A stretch of DNA of 64,000 nucleotides from Octopus vulgaris (taxonomy: Eukaryota): assembly GCA_951406725.2 (NCBI GenBank), contig OX597835.1, forward strand, positions 23,312,001-23,376,000, given 5' to 3'. The notes beneath the pieces are model-generated. The model made no database searches. It was given only the letters and a program-made list of their open reading frames with translations, and was not told the origin of the DNA. Positions within the stretch are counted from its first letter, which is position 1. Each line of letters starts with the position of its first letter. Below are positions 61,262 through 64,000 of the stretch, in pieces. Made by a program: the position numbers and the translations under genes.

Positions 61262-61642
61262 TCTTTATATATAAAAGTGAAGTTGTGTGCGTGTCTGTCT
61301 CCTACGATTTAGATTCCTAACTACTCCCACATTTTGCGGTGCAGTGAAACCAAAAGCGGGTATCTTTTAGTCGTGATTCATATCGAGCCCTTCTGGGTAT
61401 TAGCGCGCGTCTACAATAAGTCTACGATTTTAAAAATAATTTACCATCATTTTTTTCGCTATTATATAAGGGAAGTAACTCTCTAAAAACGTCTACGATG
61501 AGTCAACGATTAAAAAAAATTTACCATCATTTTTTTTCCATTTTTAATGCTTTTTTTTGCTACTTTTTGGCTATAACTCTCTAAAAATGCTTATATAGTT
61601 ATTTCCCTTACAAACCCGAGCAACGCCGGGCGATACTGCTAG
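61262..61642 (+). mobile_element. Non-autonomous Helitron about 170 bp upstream of the NCAPD3 ATG
   Basis: A|TC start, subterminal hairpin cccg.gc..cgccggg, CTAG|T end, no TSD. Confidence 0.8.
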
Positions 61643-62399
61643 TTTAATAATAAATCTCTGAACGAGGTATAAACAGTAACTGCACGACAATGTGAGGTAT
61701 ACTTGCCATCTCAATATGGCTAACCACTAAGGGTGGGCGTTACTGTAGCTTGTAGCTCCAGGAGAACATCGTCTCCAGCTGGCTTTAGGCACACTTCTGT
61801 TCCCTTATTGTATTTGCAAAGGGAGGTCATATGTATATGATTATATATGTATAATTAAAATTTACATTCCTTTAAAATTATTTTAGCAGAACCAACAAAA
61901 AGGCGAAGAAAGGGCAGAATTCTGGTTTAAGTACCCCACCCCCCACCATTTAACCCCTCATAACGTTTTCAGAAAATTGTAATAAATTTGCTCTACGCAC
62001 GGGAATTTATACGATAATGCAGAAAAATAATTTTTGTATGATTTAAAGGTCGCTTTAGCTGTTGTTTTTAGCACAACTCACGACCACCTGATACCTTTCT
62101 CGTTTTTTTGTCACTGACTTGTATTGATATTTTTCAATATTTTCTTCCCATAAACACATTTAATGGAATGATGGTGCACCCAAGGATGGCGCACAGCTGG
62201 GATTTAAGAATAAAATTTCAGACTGTCTGTATTTTAAACTGATTTTTTTTTAATGCGCAATAATGCGAACTTTTAAGATTTATTTGGAAGTGGGGTAAAA
62301 AAAATTTTAAAGAAAATTTTTTGGGCATAATTGTGTGAATTCCCAAGAGTGGAACACAAATTCGCAAAAGTTTTCGGAAATTCAAAAACTAAAAACGTT

Positions 62400-62672
62400 A
62401 ATAATAATAATAATAATAATAAAACATTGTGTACAGTGCTCAGGTGCACTACAACTCATCTAAAGTGTATGTATAGTACATAGGGTAATGTGCAAGCGTC
62501 AGGAAAAGAACACTGCATGAGTCATGACGTACACATATGTGTATGAGTATGGAAGGGGGACAATCAGGTGTAGTTTCGGCGGATTTCGGAAAGCATGAGG
62601 GCCTTAAAGGATGCAGTGTCATGGCAGTCAACAACTGACGCAGGCAGTTTGTTCCATGCTTTAGCAACTCTG
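62400..62672 (-). mobile_element. 3' end of the CR1/L2-like LINE family seen at 7810-9723
   Basis: Near-identical reverse complement of about 9462-9723, with a (TTA)n tail. Confidence 0.88.
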
Positions 62673-63489
62673 GGCGGGGTAAAAAATTTTAAAAGAAAAT
62701 TTCTTTGGCATAATTGTATGAATTCCCATTATTTTGAACACAAATTCGCAAAAGTTTTCGGAAATTCAAAAACTAAAAACGTCATGAGGTGTTACATGGG
62801 ATGCCTAAACCAGAATTCCGCTGAAGGAAGTAGAATTAAATGGCTGTATTTTCAATTTTATTTTCTCATCAATAATGAGGAGTGAGAAAAAATTCTCTTA
62901 ATTTTGAGAGTGGGAGCAGGATCAAGGGATTTCTCTGATTGAGAAGCAGTCTTAAAAGATGAAATGAAATACAGACGAAAACATGGATTTCTACAACAGG
63001 CACAAAGGCAGCAATTTGGTTAAAGAATGAAGTTGTTAAATCAACCCTGAACATATTACTGGTATTTATTTTCTCATAGGTCTGCAGGATAGGTGCTGCT
63101 GTGGGACTGAACAAAAAACATTGCAACTACACCATATTAAACAGTAGTACTCTTACATGTGTTGTTAAGGTAACCTCTACAAGGTGATTTCATCTATGCC
63201 AAGAGAATAGACTGGGTGGTCATGACTGGAATGTTTTTGATCTTAGATCTCCTACCCCAGGACTGCACACAAGGTCCTGTCCTTGTGATGTGGTAGATTG
63301 CATGCCCGAATGACTTTGAAAGCTATGCCAGTAGAACACAAACTCCTGGTGTGGCCTCTCATGCCAAACAGATCTATGCTCCATGTGCAGTGAAGGGCTT
63401 AAGTAAGTAAGGGCATGGGACTAAACAACAGTAACAAAGATTTTTTTCTCCATGCAATAGGACAATTAGGAAGGTGGCAAGCAGGCAGA

Positions 63490-64000
63490 CTCTCCCTCTC
63501 CCGAGAGTTCTCCACATTTAGTAGCCTTTCATAGTGGCACTTCCAAGCCTCCTCCTTCAGTGACCCATTATCCATGCGAACACATCTCCTACCACATCAC
63601 GATTTTCTCTGACACACTGTCTTGCAATCCAAAACACTTCAAGCCTCTGGTCCTCACAACACAGAACATTGGCAAACTTTCTCCTCTTTGCTTCTCCCCT
63701 GCCTATATACACCTGTCTTCTAGCCTCCCTCCTAGCTACTTGATATAATTCCCTGCTCCCACCACTCTTCCAGTCCTGCTTCTTTGCTATGATGACCTTG
63801 TCTATAGCATCATTCCACCCCCATGTTACCTTAGGTCTGGTTGGGATTTTGCACCCACTACAGATTTGGTCTGTGGCACTAAGCAAACTGTCCTGCCACA
63901 ATTCCTAGTTGCCATCTATATTACAAGTCTGTAATTCCTCTTCCTTCTCATCAAATTTGTCAATTAGGATGTCCCTAAATCTCTGACCGTATGAAGGATT
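63490..64000 (-). mobile_element. RTE LINE internal fragment
   Basis: DSLLSATDQIC..CK...RELYQ.A.REA.RQVYI matches about 37910-38430. Confidence 0.85.

Overview
AT-rich, repeat-dense eukaryotic DNA. The SINE/RTE-LINE repertoire and microsatellite load look like a coleoid cephalopod, most likely Octopus (inference). There are two host genes, both on the minus strand. The first is a multi-exon caspase-8/10-like initiator caspase (tandem DEDs at 29830-30134 and 26809-27023, catalytic exons 13011 to 1211). Its DED-to-caspase linker is built from an array of phase-1 symmetric micro-exons inside ~1-kb tandem duplications (15.8-23.8 kb). The second is an intronless condensin II subunit NCAPD3 (56559-61088). 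The rest is mostly transposable elements: tRNA-derived SINEs, RTE and CR1/L2-like LINEs, mariners, MITEs, Helitrons, a solo LTR and Penelope-like ends. The most striking observation is a ~2.15-kb element (43291-46735, interrupted by a mariner). It has 177-bp direct repeats, one intact RRM+CCHC ORF1-like gene, no reverse transcriptase, and a type I hammerhead ribozyme whose predicted cleavage site coincides with the element's 5' end, i.e. a candidate protein-coding retrozyme or Penelope-mobilised RNA. Five further hammerhead motifs, including G3-C8 and U3-A8 core variants, occur in the window. All exon and ribozyme calls were made by eye. Repeat boundaries are approximate unless a TSD or TIR is quoted.
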